Shown: positions 42,120 to 55,129 of the stretch, one piece after another
How positions within the stretch are numbered: position 1 is the first letter of the stretch
Layout of the letters: each line of letters begins with the position of its first letter
Source: the human T2T-CHM13v2.0 reference genome, Homo sapiens
Assembly: GCF_009914755.1 (NCBI RefSeq)
Contig: NC_060932.1
Reading direction: 5' to 3' (one strand)
DNA: 64,000 nt
Position numbers and translations under genes: made by a program
Notes under the pieces: generated by a model
The model's database searches: none
What the model saw: only the letters and a program-made list of their open reading frames with translations
Told to the model about the DNA's origin: nothing

Positions 42120-42430
42120 GTTATGTTAAGATGAAATGTTAAAGGGATAGAGGAGCCAATTGAAAGAGCTTCCAATGACCAAAGGTTGAACAATTTGAGC
42201 AAGAAAAGTGTATTGAATTGCACCCGAAAGTATAAAGCAATTAATCATAAGTACATACCGATATAACTAAATGAATAAATGAGTAAATAAATAGGTGAGA
42301 ACAGTATGCCTGTACATCACATCTTCCATGCAATTTTTAAATAATTTATGGGCAACTGCTCTGAAGAAGGAGGAGAATTAATCTCTGTTTCCTTGGTGTG
42401 CATTGCACATAGTGACTTTCTTCCAAAGTG
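41895..42430 (+). mobile_element. L1MC/MD 3'UTR fragment with (CA)n at 42079-42119
   Basis: CAGATCTTGGTTTCTAATACTATTCTCCAATAAAA...CTAGGACTGG...GAAAGAGCTTCCAATGACCAAAG. Confidence 0.7.
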
Positions 42431-43814
42431 TATAATGGCAGTTTTAGCAAGCATTACATATTCAATACAGATTAGTGTTCTATAAATTACCTTTGTTGGA
42501 TTTCACCTTTTTGTTATACTATTTGTTTTGAAAGTATATTAGTAGGTATTATTCTAAATTTAATTTCAGGGCAGTGAAGATGGAATTTCTGAAATATATA
42601 TCTTTAAAAAATGGCATGTTAGCATTATTAGAGTTGAAAATTAATGTTCTTCAAAAAATTAACTCATGACTAGATTCTGGAGACAGTTTGGGATGGGAGA
42701 GGAATTCATGAATACGGCCAGACTTTCAGGTTCTGCTGCAACCAATGTTAGACTGCAACAAAATATTAAGTTTTCCTGAATCTATCAGTGATGATTAACA
42801 AATGAAAATAAAATTCTAAGTGTCAGAAGGAAAGATTCTGACTACCGTGATAGATAGATGTACAAATATTTTTATAGAAAAGATGCAATAATTGCTAAGA
42901 GTTTATCTGAATGTACATCAAAAGGAAAAAGGGCTTTTCAAGGTTTCAGTGTTCTATTCATTTTCTGAGCTAGGTTAAACTCCTTCGGCAGTGCAATCTC
43001 CTTTTCCCACCCTACCAAAAATGAAGAATGTGATGTATCAAAAAATCCAATCTAAAAATTAAGTAGTCAGAAATGTTAAAGCAGAAAGTACCTAGAAAAA
43101 GAGTGAGTGTGGCAATTAAAGTGAAAATAGTACAGCTCATCAAGTATTGAATCTCTTTAAACTTTACACTTATATCTATATTGCCTATGCACAAGTATAT
43201 GAAATACTCAAGATAAGAAGTGTAGATATTTCTCAGGCCACCCAGGTATACAATTTAGAAACATTATGATTCACATCAAATGTATTTTAAACTGCTTGAC
43301 TGCTTTTCTTTTGCTTGGATTTATTTAAATCTAATCTCATCTAAACAATATTTCTGTAGGTTTTTAGTGTTTCATCAATATAACTTGATTTAGATCTCAC
43401 TGCAGTAATTGCTAGTTCCATGTACACATAATATTTTATTTCTTTCCTTGCAAAGCATACATTTGATACTTGTTCCAGCTGAAATTACAATTCATTAACA
43501 TGGACTTCATTTTTTTAATTATTTAGTCACAGTGTTATTAAATTATTCTAAGAGCTTGAAAGAGCTTCTGCTATGAAAATAGACTTCTGTATCTTAAAAT
43601 CCTCTGTATCTTAAAATCAGCAAACATAATAATCTCAGTTTCAGGTGGTATATAATATTTTTTTCTAATTATAGTTTAATCTTACATATTTTTACCTCAT
43701 AAAAAATCTTTATTAAATAGATCATGATTTTTTCAAATCACAATATTTTAAAGCCCATATATGCCCATCAAAATGTGTATTTCCTTTGGGTGTAATTTTT
43801 AAAACCAAAATTAA

Positions 43815-44163
<349 letters not shown>

Positions 44164-45910
44164 AATTTTATTTGTTGGGATGAAAAAAAGCATTTATTTA
44201 AAAATTGTAATTTGTTAATCTTTATGTAAAAATCACCTATTCTGAAATAAATAGGTGAGAAGGAAAAAAAGAAAGGAAAGGTAGGTCTCTAAATTCATAA
44301 TTTGTAGATGAGAAAGAGAGAGAGAGAGAAGCATCATAGTAATCTCATAAAATTATTATTAGAAAGGAGTCTAAACTTAGCTTTGCAAAAATCACAACTA
44401 CCTTAAAAATGTTGTGTTACTGTGAAAATTGCCGTAAGTCCTGTCAAAAGTCCTTTTTGAGATATTTGTGAGGCTATCACAGCAATGAGATACTATGATT
44501 ATTATTATATAATGTCTTTGTTAAATATATTTTGTTTGACCAAGAGAAACAAGTACTTGTGTGTAAGTAGAAACAAATTTACTCAATTTTCTATGAAGGG
44601 GAATTTTCTGTAACAGGGAACTATCTTAGATCTCATCAATCTATAAGCTTCATTATTTGAGAATGACACCTATAGATGCTGTTCAGAGATGAATTTTAAG
44701 ATTAACAATAGCCAATTGAGCAATTTTCAGAAGTTTGGTGGTTCTCATCTTTTGGCACTTTAGCAATATGAGAGATTATCTGTTTGTTGATGATCCTTTT
44801 ACTATTGATTTAAACACATCTATTAAAATATTAGTAAATGGATTTCCAAGAAATAAATTTTACATGAAATGTTATAACATTTCTAAGAAAATAAGGTTGA
44901 TGTTGATAAAAATATGCAAATATACTGGGGAGTAGTATCAGTGACAATATTATATCTGGGAATAAAATATGATTAAGGAGCTAACCAGTATTGCCAATAT
45001 TCACATTATTGGCAATATTGGTGAAAGCATTATCATTTTAAACAATAGTCATAGACATTGATTCTACTTCCAAGTTTTTTACTGAAATTCTATAATTTCT
45101 AACTTCTTTTCAACAAAATATTCAAATGCTATATTCATTTAAAGCATTCCCACAAATAATGAGGTAAGGATAGCTCAGATTCATTAAAATATACTATGGT
45201 ATAGATGAGAAGTTTTAATTGGATATGGTTAATATTTGAAGTGTTCACTAAACAAGATTAAATTACTAATTACTAATTATTGGATGTCTTGCATTCATTA
45301 AACAAATTAAAATATGAATGCAGATATCCCAAACTATAATTTGAATAGCTAAACTTCCTATCTTTCCCTCAATATCTAACATAATTACTGTTTTCTGTTT
45401 TCACTCCGTATTTCCTGGCCCAAACTAGGACTCATTGATTGCCATCTTTGTCTCAAAGTAAAGTAGAAGTGAACATCAGAACAATAACATAAGGAGACTC
45501 TATTGGCTCTGCCTTGAAAATTTATAAGAATTATATCATGGCAAAATATTTTTCTGTTACATTATTCCATATTCTTTCTTCAGGATAATCTGTATATAGT
45601 GTTTGCCTAGATGTTTATAACCATCATTTGCTCTTCTTCCCCAATGTATTTTTACTTTTTCTTTTTATAACATTTTCATAAATATTTTTGTTTATACTGT
45701 CGCTATTTTTACACACACTTAAGTGATTTTTTCCACTTCTTTCATAAACTTTTCTAGCTCACATTTTATCTACTTTTGTCTCAAAATCTCTTCTTTGTTC
45801 TTATATTTCTCTTCTGTGCTACTGTTTTATATGAGCAATGACCTTAATATATACAGTGATATTTAATTTGTGATATTTAATTGTGTTCATTATTTTTATA
45901 TATTCTGTGG

Positions 45911-46242
45911 CAAGAATGAGCAAACTACTTCCTGGAAAACAAATCACTTCCAATTCTTGTTTTTGTATAGCCATGAGATAAGAATGAATTTTACATTTTT
46001 AAATGGTTTTTAAAAACTCAAAGGAATAGCTTTTTATAATACATGAAAACTTTACAAAAATCAATTTAGTTTCCACAAATAAGGTTTCATTAAAACACAG
46101 CCATGCTTCATTTATGTATGGTTTATGACTAATTTTACACTACATTGGCAGATTTGAATAGTTCACAACAGAAATGATATGACCAACAAAGTTACATTAT
46201 TTACCATCTGCTCCATTAGACAGAAAAACATGTCAAGCCCTG
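45911..46242. mobile_element. MER58B hAT MITE
   Basis: GCAAACTAC...TTTTTGTATAGCCATGAGATAAGAATG...TTTTACATTTTTAAATGGTT...CACAGCCATGC...CCCTG. Confidence 0.8.
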
Positions 46243-46257
46243 TTCTATGTCAGCTCA

Positions 46258-46380
46258 TTCTTCCTTCCTGTTTACTTTCTTTCTCCTTCCTTCCTTCCTT
46301 CCTTGCTTGCTTGTGTCTTTCCCTCCCTCTCTCCCTCCCTCCCTCCTTCCTTCCTTTCCTTCCTTCTTTCCTTCCTTCTA
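46258..46380. repeat. (TTCC)n/(TCCC)n pyrimidine tract
   Basis: Read directly from the sequence. Confidence 0.92.
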
Positions 46381-46942
46381 TATTCTACTTGTCATTTATT
46401 TACTTTTCCCATTGCTGTACTTCTTTTTGAGTGGTGATTCTTTTACAGTGTTGGCATGATTGAGTGTAATTAGCCAATGAAAACAGAAAATTGTGTGAGT
46501 GTTCATATCATCATTTATCTTTTCTGTTCAATACCATATAGCAATAATTACAATACTTTCTACAAATAATCAGTGCCTAAATTTCCCTTGGTCACTGGCT
46601 CCACTGCATTACAGAACTAGTCAATCCAGGAGAGCTCGGGTGAATAGTACATGACCCACACCACTGAAATATTGGTGCAGTTCCTTCTATTGCATCTTTC
46701 ATCTGTGAAATGCACATTATGTTGGAGCTTTCTGAGATTATCAACCATTGGCAATTTTTTTCTCCTATTCTTTTGTTTAGCAATCTCTGATTTTTACAAA
46801 TTATTTTTTCTGTTTTTGTCATTTGGGGTTTCAAATTTCTTTAGATTTCATCAGATATAAAGTTTGCATGTTTATTTTTTCATTCTTGTTGCTTTTGGAG
46901 ATCTGAAAGCCCAAGAATGAAACATCACCTTTACAATAGTAT

Positions 46943-48474
46943 TGTCTTGGGATATTTCAGGTGTCACTTTTCCAGCCAGAAACCTCTGTGGCCAGTGGCA
47001 TCTTTGCCTGAGTCTTGCTTGGGCCTGCTGGGCTCGTTCTGCTTACTTGGCCTGGCAGGCCGTGCTCAGTTTGCGCTACTGGCCCAGATCCCATGACTGC
47101 CAAGCGCAAGCCAGGTGTGGAGTGCAAGGGGTGTGTGAGTGAGTGAGCACAGGGTCCAGCCACTGTGGTGTGGTGGGGCAATCAGCTCCAGGTGCCAGCA
47201 CAGGTTCTGCCTCCACGCAAACCTGTCGCTGGATCAGATGAATGGCAAGTGGCTTCTGCTGTGGGCACCCTCATCTGGATGAGGGGAATGCACTGGTGCC
47301 TGGAAGCTTAGAGATTCCAGAAACTGCAGAGCCCCAAAGAGGTTGTCAAACACCAGTTCAGAAAGCCCCTAGGTCTGTGCTCCCTGAAGGGCTACAGCTC
47401 TTCTTTCCTTGTTGCCCACAATGTGGCAAGATGGAGAGTGTGTTTCAGCCTTGTTTGTATTACAGATCTTTTCGTACCACCATTTGGCAAGTCCCAAGTT
47501 CTTGTCCCACATCCATGAAGAATGAGGTACGCAGATAACTGGAGTGTGAGCAAGGCAAAGAAGTGCTTTATTGAGTGATAGAACAGCTCTTGAGAGACTC
47601 AAAGTGGGTAGATCCTTTCCCCACGCAAGTTGTTCTCACGAGTGCAGCCCTCAGTGGAGAGGAGATGCAGAGTGGGTAGCTCCATTCTGCAGGCAGGTTA
47701 CCCCAGTGAGTGTCTAGCTGTCAGTGGAGAGGAGACCTGGAGTGGGTAGCTCCTTTCCACAGCTGGTAGTCTCGACATCTGTGTGAGTCCAGCTGGGGTT
47801 TTTTGGGTTCATAAGGGAGAAAGTATGTGCTGATTGGGCCATGGGTTGGATCAGAAAAAGCATCATAAGTTCTCCCTCTGGGCCATAGACTCCACCTGCA
47901 ACTGACAGCCTGGCCCCCAGGCTTCACGCCGTCTCTGGCTTGAAGGTGAGGCTTCACAAGGGAGCCACCCCTTTCCACCCAGGAGGCTTTCTGCCTCCTG
48001 AGACCGTCAACATGTTGTCCATGGCACCCAGGCTGCTTGTTCTATGGGGGGCTTGCAGGTCCATGCTGAGCCACCCTCAGCAGCCCCTCAGCATCCATTC
48101 CATGCTTATTGGCACCCAAAGTCCAGAGGAGGCTGAGGTGGCAGGGGACTGGCATGTCAGTCCCCCCTGGAACACCCACATACCCAGCAGGGTTGTAATA
48201 GCGCCTGGGTTTGGCCACAGCTTTGCTCCACCCTGGAACAGTCTCTGGGAGCTGGGAGAGGCCAGGGAGTGAGATCAGTCACTTCCAAGCCTGTCAGGGA
48301 AAGGGACTTCCAGGGCCTCCAAGAACTCAGAAATGCTGGGGCTGGAACTGTGGGTGTATCTCAACTGTTCCTAGTTTCTGCTGGCCCTACAGAGGGCATA
48401 GCCCCAGCCACACCTCCCCTGTTGCAGCCAGTGTCCTCACAGGGGCTGCTCTGAATGGGCCATTGTCAGCATCA
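46943..48474 (-). mobile_element. MER52-family (ERV1) solo LTR, about 1.5 kb
   Basis: Minus strand TGATGCTGACAATGGCCCATTCAGAGCAGCC...GGCTGGAAAAGTGACACCTGAAATATCCCAAGACA; GC-rich; AATAAA at about 47567-47572 on the minus strand; flanks GTAT/CTAT. Confidence 0.88.
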
Positions 48475-51093
48475 CTATCTCCAAATTGAAAATATGATTA
48501 AAGAAACTACTTGAGTAGTCTGCATTAGAATAAGATTAATTAACCATCATCACCACCATTCTTTGCTTTTTCAGTGATTCTGAAAGAGCAAGTCATTAAT
48601 AATATCTCATGTTTAAGACAAGAGAATAAAAAAGTCCTGTGAATTAACTGCATTTCCACCTTATGTCATTCCATGATTACATGATAGGCATCTTACAAGG
48701 ATACATTTAGAGAAAGAACCTCTAACTTGTTTTTCTTATTTTGATTCATGTAACCCAAACCCAAATTAAGACTATAATATAATCTGTTCTTTGAGGTTCC
48801 AATTGGTTGAAGTAAACTTTCATGGAGTACTGAGGAAGAAATAGAGACCCAAAGGAATATATAAATTCATAAATATAAAATTAGCTGATTTTACTTTTGG
48901 GTAAGCAAATACCCTAAGAACTACAAGTAGCATGGTAAAAAGCTGTAGTTAATTTTCAGTCTATTCATGTAGAATTTGTATATATGGTTGTTAAATATCA
49001 TCCTACTTTTAGAAAATAGTTATCATATATTCAACTTATATCAGGAGTTACATTGTGCTTACTCTGACATTCTTTACCAGGCTTACTACCACCTTTTGTC
49101 CTTCTTACTTCTGTATTGGTACCCATAGATGATATCCCCTTATAGTGTATCTAGTACATAAAATTAATCCATCTTTCAACATTCTTCAGGAAGTTAGATT
49201 AAGTTCATATTCCCCACAGAAAACATACTTCTTTCAACTCACATGAATATTATAATTTTGTTATTTATTTTATTATTTCAAAATGCAAGCTATTGCATAC
49301 AAATATTTAGCCTTTAAAAATTTCTTTTATAAAGAACAGATTAAGAATGATGTCACCAAGATGACAGTGTAGGAGATACCAGACCACATTCCTCCCACAC
49401 ACACACACAAAATGTAGACAGCTATTCATAAAACAGACTAGCCCAGAAAGGACTTAAGTGCAATCTAAAGAATCTACAGCAACACAGTGAGGAAAAAAAA
49501 AAAAAAACAAACACATACACATAAGAAAAAAGAAAGAAAAAGGCAAAAGCAATGGAGATTATCCACATGAAAAGGATCATTGGTGAGATCAGCATATCTG
49601 AGATACCAATAGACTGCTAGGAGTAAAGAAGAAAGGTAGAAGCTATCAGTAAAAGCCACATGGCAGGAATTACCACCATCCCTATGAACCTGCTCTGCAG
49701 AAGACACAAGCATCTCTTGCCACTGAGGTAACCAACAGGTATTCCTGCCAGAGAATACCAGAGAAGGTGGTACAGCCATACAACCCCCTCCAACCACAAA
49801 AGTGACTGCTGTTGAGCTGTTAAAAAAAAGGAGTACCTGCCTCTCCCAAACCTGAGTGTATCCTGACCCTGGAGCTATGGCTAAACCACAAGTGTCTACG
49901 CTCTAGGCCAAGCCTCTATGGCTGCAGTGGCCCTGTCCATATCTCAGACATTGAAGCCATTGGCACAGTGAACTAGCTTATATTTCATTTCAGAGCCAAT
50001 CACTCACTGTGCATGCCTGTGCTCCAGATGCTGGCACAGCCACCATAGAGAACTAAGCACTGACCACACCCCAGAGCCAGTCTAACTCTGTGCATGCCTA
50101 TGTTCCCATTCCTGATCCCTGGAGACTTTACAAGCATTTATTTCTTACAAAATGTTACTAACACAGCAATGGGGTTGCATGACAGCCAGGCATCAGCTCA
50201 GCCACCACAGACAGCTAGGCCCCACTCTGACCTTGGAGCTGCTCAAATTCTAAACGTGGCTGTGCTCCTACTTTCAGCTCCCTTGGTTGCTTCACAAGTA
50301 CCTGTGCCTTGCAAACTATTGCCAACACAGTAGCAAAGGTGTCTGCACACTGGCACCAGTGCCATTACTGCACCAGGTCCCCAATTTTCAGTCCCTCCAC
50401 CTGTGCCCATGTTTCAGGCCTCTGCTCTGTGGCTACTTCATGGGCATCACTCACAAGACACTGATACAACCACCATTGGGAGCAGGACCACAAGCCAGAC
50501 CCAATGGGTAGAGAAACGCCCTTAACTGCAAATTCCCTGATGGGAGAAAAAAAATGGAAGGACCTTACCAGCGATTGCCACCAAAGACCCCAGCAACACT
50601 CATTGCCACTATGGAAATCTATAGCATTTGCTGCTAAGTGTTTCTGCAGTCTTAAAGAGGTCAGCTGACAGGGCTGCATAGAGACAACACAGTTGCGCTA
50701 TAATTTGTGCCAGAAGTGCTGAATCCCACCCAGCAAGAACATCACACTGTCTTTTTTGGGGGAAAATATTTCCACACTGAAATTAGTCCATAAAGTCTGC
50801 AAGAGATGACTGCTTCATGAAATGCACAGACATCAATATATGGCAGCAGAAACACATACAAAAAAACAAGAAAACATAACACAACCTAAAGAACACAGTA
50901 ATCTCCCAGTAGCTGATTGCTAAAAAAATAGACATATATGAACTGCCAAAGAATTCAATATAATTTTGTAAAGTGATATAAGTGAACTTTAAGAAAATAT
51001 ACAAAAAAATAATTCAATGGAACTAAAAATAATAAATAAGTGCAAATATGAGAAATTTAACTAGGAAATTGAAGTTACAAAAAATCAGAAATC

Positions 51094-51416
<323 letters not shown>

Positions 51417-51630
51417 CTACAATGAATGAAATGAAAAAAATGCAATAGAGTGCATCGATTGCATAATTGACGAAGCAGAAGAAAGAAATTTGAATTTGAA
51501 GACAGGTTATTTGAAAATATACAGTGAGAGGAGAAAAAAAAAGAAGTGAGAAAAAAAAAAGAAGCCAGGAAAATGAAGAAAGCTTACAGGATATATGGAA
51601 CATGACCAAGAGAGCAAACCTTAAATTATA

Positions 51631-51808
51631 GGTGCCCATGGAGCGGCCACAGAGCAGAGGCCTGAAACATGGGCCTATGTGGAGGGACTGCAGTTTGGGG
51701 ACCTGGGCCAGTAATGGCATCGGTGCCAGTGTGTAGACACCTTTGTTACTGTGTTGGCAATAGTTTGCAAGGCACAGGTATTTGTGAAGCAACCAAGGGA
51801 GCTGAAAG
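51631..51808 (-). repeat. 178-bp inverted copy of 50271-50448
   Basis: Hand alignment gives about 17 substitutions and no indels; the paired ORF-track peptides 50287+ and 51792- both begin MLHKYLCLANYCQHS. Confidence 0.97.
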
Positions 51809-52096
51809 GCAAGAAAGGAGAGAATATGGGTAGAAAGCTTACTTAAATAATAACATAAAACTTTTCAAATCTATGGAGATATGTAAATATTCAGGTATAG
51901 AAAGGTCAACGGTTTTCAATTAGCTGCTATTCAAAAAAGCTACTACCAGACATTGTATAATCAAACTGTCAAAATTAGAGACAAAGAGAATTTGGAAAGC
52001 AGAAAGAGAAAAGAATAATATCACATATAAGGGAGTTTCTTCTCAGCAGAATTCTTACAGACCAGGAAAGGGCATGATATATTCAAAGTGCTGAAA

Positions 52097-52222
52097 GCAA
52101 AAAAAGGGAAAGGAAAGGAGAAAGGAGAAAGGAGAAAGGAGAGGGGAGGGGAGGGAAAGGAGAGGGGAGGGGAGGGGAGGGGAGGGGAAGGGGAAAAGAA
52201 AGGAAAATAAAAGAAAAAGAGA
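52097..52222. repeat. Polypurine (GGAGAAA)n/(GGGGA)n tract
   Basis: Read directly from the sequence. Confidence 0.92.
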
Positions 52223-54752
52223 ACAAACTGGGAACCAATAATATTTTACCTAGCAGAGCTCTACTTCTGAAATAAAGAAGAGATAAAGACATTCTTAGAG
52301 AAACAAAAGCTAAAGGAGTTCATCATCACTGTACCTGTCTTACTAGAAATGCTAAAGGGAGTTCTCCAAACTGAAAGAAATTGATACTAATTAGTAACAT
52401 GAAAATATGTAAATTTATCAAACTCACTGGTAAATGTGAGTTTACAGTCAAATTCAGAATATTCTAATACTATAATGATGGTGTGTAAATCATTTGTATA
52501 TCTTAAATATGAATGTTAAAAGACAAAACTATTAAAATAATAATAGATACAATAATTTGTTAAACAATATACAATATAAAAAAATGTAAATTGTGACACC
52601 AATAATAAGATGCTGGCAATTGGGGATGTTGAAGTAAAACTATTGAGTTATTTTATGTGGTAAAGCTAAGTTATTATCAGCTTAAAAAAGCTTGTTATAA
52701 CTATAAGATGTATTACGCATGTTTCATGGTAATAACAAAGCTAAAACCCATAGTAGATACACAAAAGATACAGTAATAAATCAAAGCATATACTAGAGAG
52801 AATTATCTAAACATGAAGGAAAACAGGAAGAAAGGCAGAAAAAAGCAAAGGATATACCAAAAAAAAAAAAAAGAAATGACAGTAATGAGTTCTTACTTTG
52901 AGTGTGAATGGATCAAATTCTCTAATCAAAAGACATAGAATAGCCGAATGGTTGAGTAAAACAAGACCCAACTACATGCTGCCTACAAAATACTCACTTC
53001 ACATTTAAGCACACATATAGATTGAAAAATAAAAAGATAGAAAAGATATTTCATGCAAATGGAAATCAATAAAGAGCAGGGCAGATGTAGCCATACTTAT
53101 ATAAGACAAAATAGAAATTAAGGAAGAACTATAAAAGGAGACCAAAAAGTTTAAGAGATCAATTCATCAAGGAGATATTACAATTATAAGTGTATATGGA
53201 CCCAATATTTAAGCATCTAAATATATAAAGCAAATATCAGTAGATCTAAAGAGAAAGAGTGATTGCAATACAGTGATCCACCTGCAATAACAGACGGATC
53301 ATTCAGACAAAAAAATCAATAAACATTCGACTTGAACTTGAGTTAAGACCAAATGAACCTAACAGACATGTACAGAACATTCCATTTATACATAGTAGAA
53401 TCCACATTTCTCTCAACTATACGTGAAATATTCTCCAGGATAGATCATGTTAGGCTTAAAAAAATCCTTAACGTATTTAAAAAGAATGAAATGGTATCAA
53501 GGATATTTTTCAACCACAGTGATATGAAACTAGAAATCAATGAGAAATTTCAAAAAATTTACAAATATGTAGGATAATAATATAAAAATACCTTCGGATA
53601 AACAAAAGTGAAAACACTACATACCAAAATTGTGGGATGCAGCAAAAGCAGTTCTAATAGGGAAGTATAGAGCAATAACCAAATTCATCAAAAAGGAAGA
53701 AAGATTCCCAAATAAACAACCTAATGTTAGAACTCAAGGAAATAGAAAAAGAACAAACTAAGCCCAAAGTTAGTAGAAGAAATAAAATAATAAAGACCAG
53801 AAGTAATGAAATAAAGACTAGAAAAACAATAGAAAAGATCAATAAATATAAGAGTTGGTTTTTTGAAAAGATAAACAAAATTGACAAACCTTTGCTAGGT
53901 TAGGAGAAAATAGAGAAGACTCACAAAAATTAAATCAGAAGTGAAAGAAGATATATTACAACTGATACAAAAGATTCACAAAGGATTATAGGAGATAACT
54001 ATGAACAATTATATGCCAACAAGTCGGATAACCTAGAATAATAAATACATTTCTAGATTCATATGATTACCAAGACTGAATCATGAAAAAATAGAAAATC
54101 TAAATAGACTAATAATAAGTAATGAGATTGATTCTCTAATGAAGTGTCTCCTATAAAAGAAATTTCTAGGACCTGATGGTTTCATTGCTGATTTCTACCA
54201 AATATTTAAAGAAACACTAACACCAATCTTTCTTAAACTCTTCCAAAAAGTTGAAGAGAAGGGAATTCTTCCAAACAAGTTTTAGAAAGCCAGCATTACT
54301 ATGAAACCAAAACTGGATAAGGATACTACAAGAAAAGAACTTCCAACCAATATCCCTCATGAACTTAATGAAAAACCTCTTAAGAAAATCCTAGAAAGCC
54401 ATGTTCAACAGGATAGTGAAAAGATCATTCACCATGATCAAGTGGGATATATCTCTGGAAGGCAAAGATGTTTCAAAATATGCAAATTAATAAGTGTAAT
54501 ACACAATATTAAAAGAATGAAGGACAAAACCATATGATAATCTAAAAAGATGTAGAAAAGACAATAGGCAATATTTAACATCTATTTGTTACAAAAACTC
54601 TTAACAAATTAAGTATAGAAGAAATGTACCTTAACACCACAAAAGGCCATATAAGACAAACTCCTAACTAGCATCATACTTTACAGTGAAAAAAGGAAAA
54701 CTTTCCCTTTAAGATCAGTAACAAAACAAGGATGTGAACGCTTTTGTCACTA

Positions 54753-55129
54753 TGTATCAGTCTGTTCTCATACTGCTAATAAAGAACTATCTGAAACTGG
54801 GTAATTTATAAAGGAAAGTCCTTTAATTGACTCATAGTTCTGCATGGCTGGGAAGGCCTCAGGAAACATAATCATGGCAAAAGGAGAAGCAAACATGTCC
54901 TTCTTTACATGGTGGCAGGAAGGATAAAGTGCTGAGCAAAAAGGGGAAAAGCCAGTTATAAAAAGATCAGATCCTGTGAGAGCTCGCTCACTGTCATGAG
55001 AACAGAATGGAGGTAACCACCTCCATGATTAAATTACTTCCCACTTTGTCTCTCCCATGACACATGGGGATTATGGGAACTACAATTCAAGGTGAGATTT
55101 GAGTGGGGATACAGAGCCAAACCATATCA
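54753..55129 (-). mobile_element. THE1C-like solo LTR inserted in L1 ORF2
   Basis: Minus strand TGATATGGTTTGGCTCTG...GACTGATACA; 5-bp TSD CACTA/CACTT. Confidence 0.93.
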
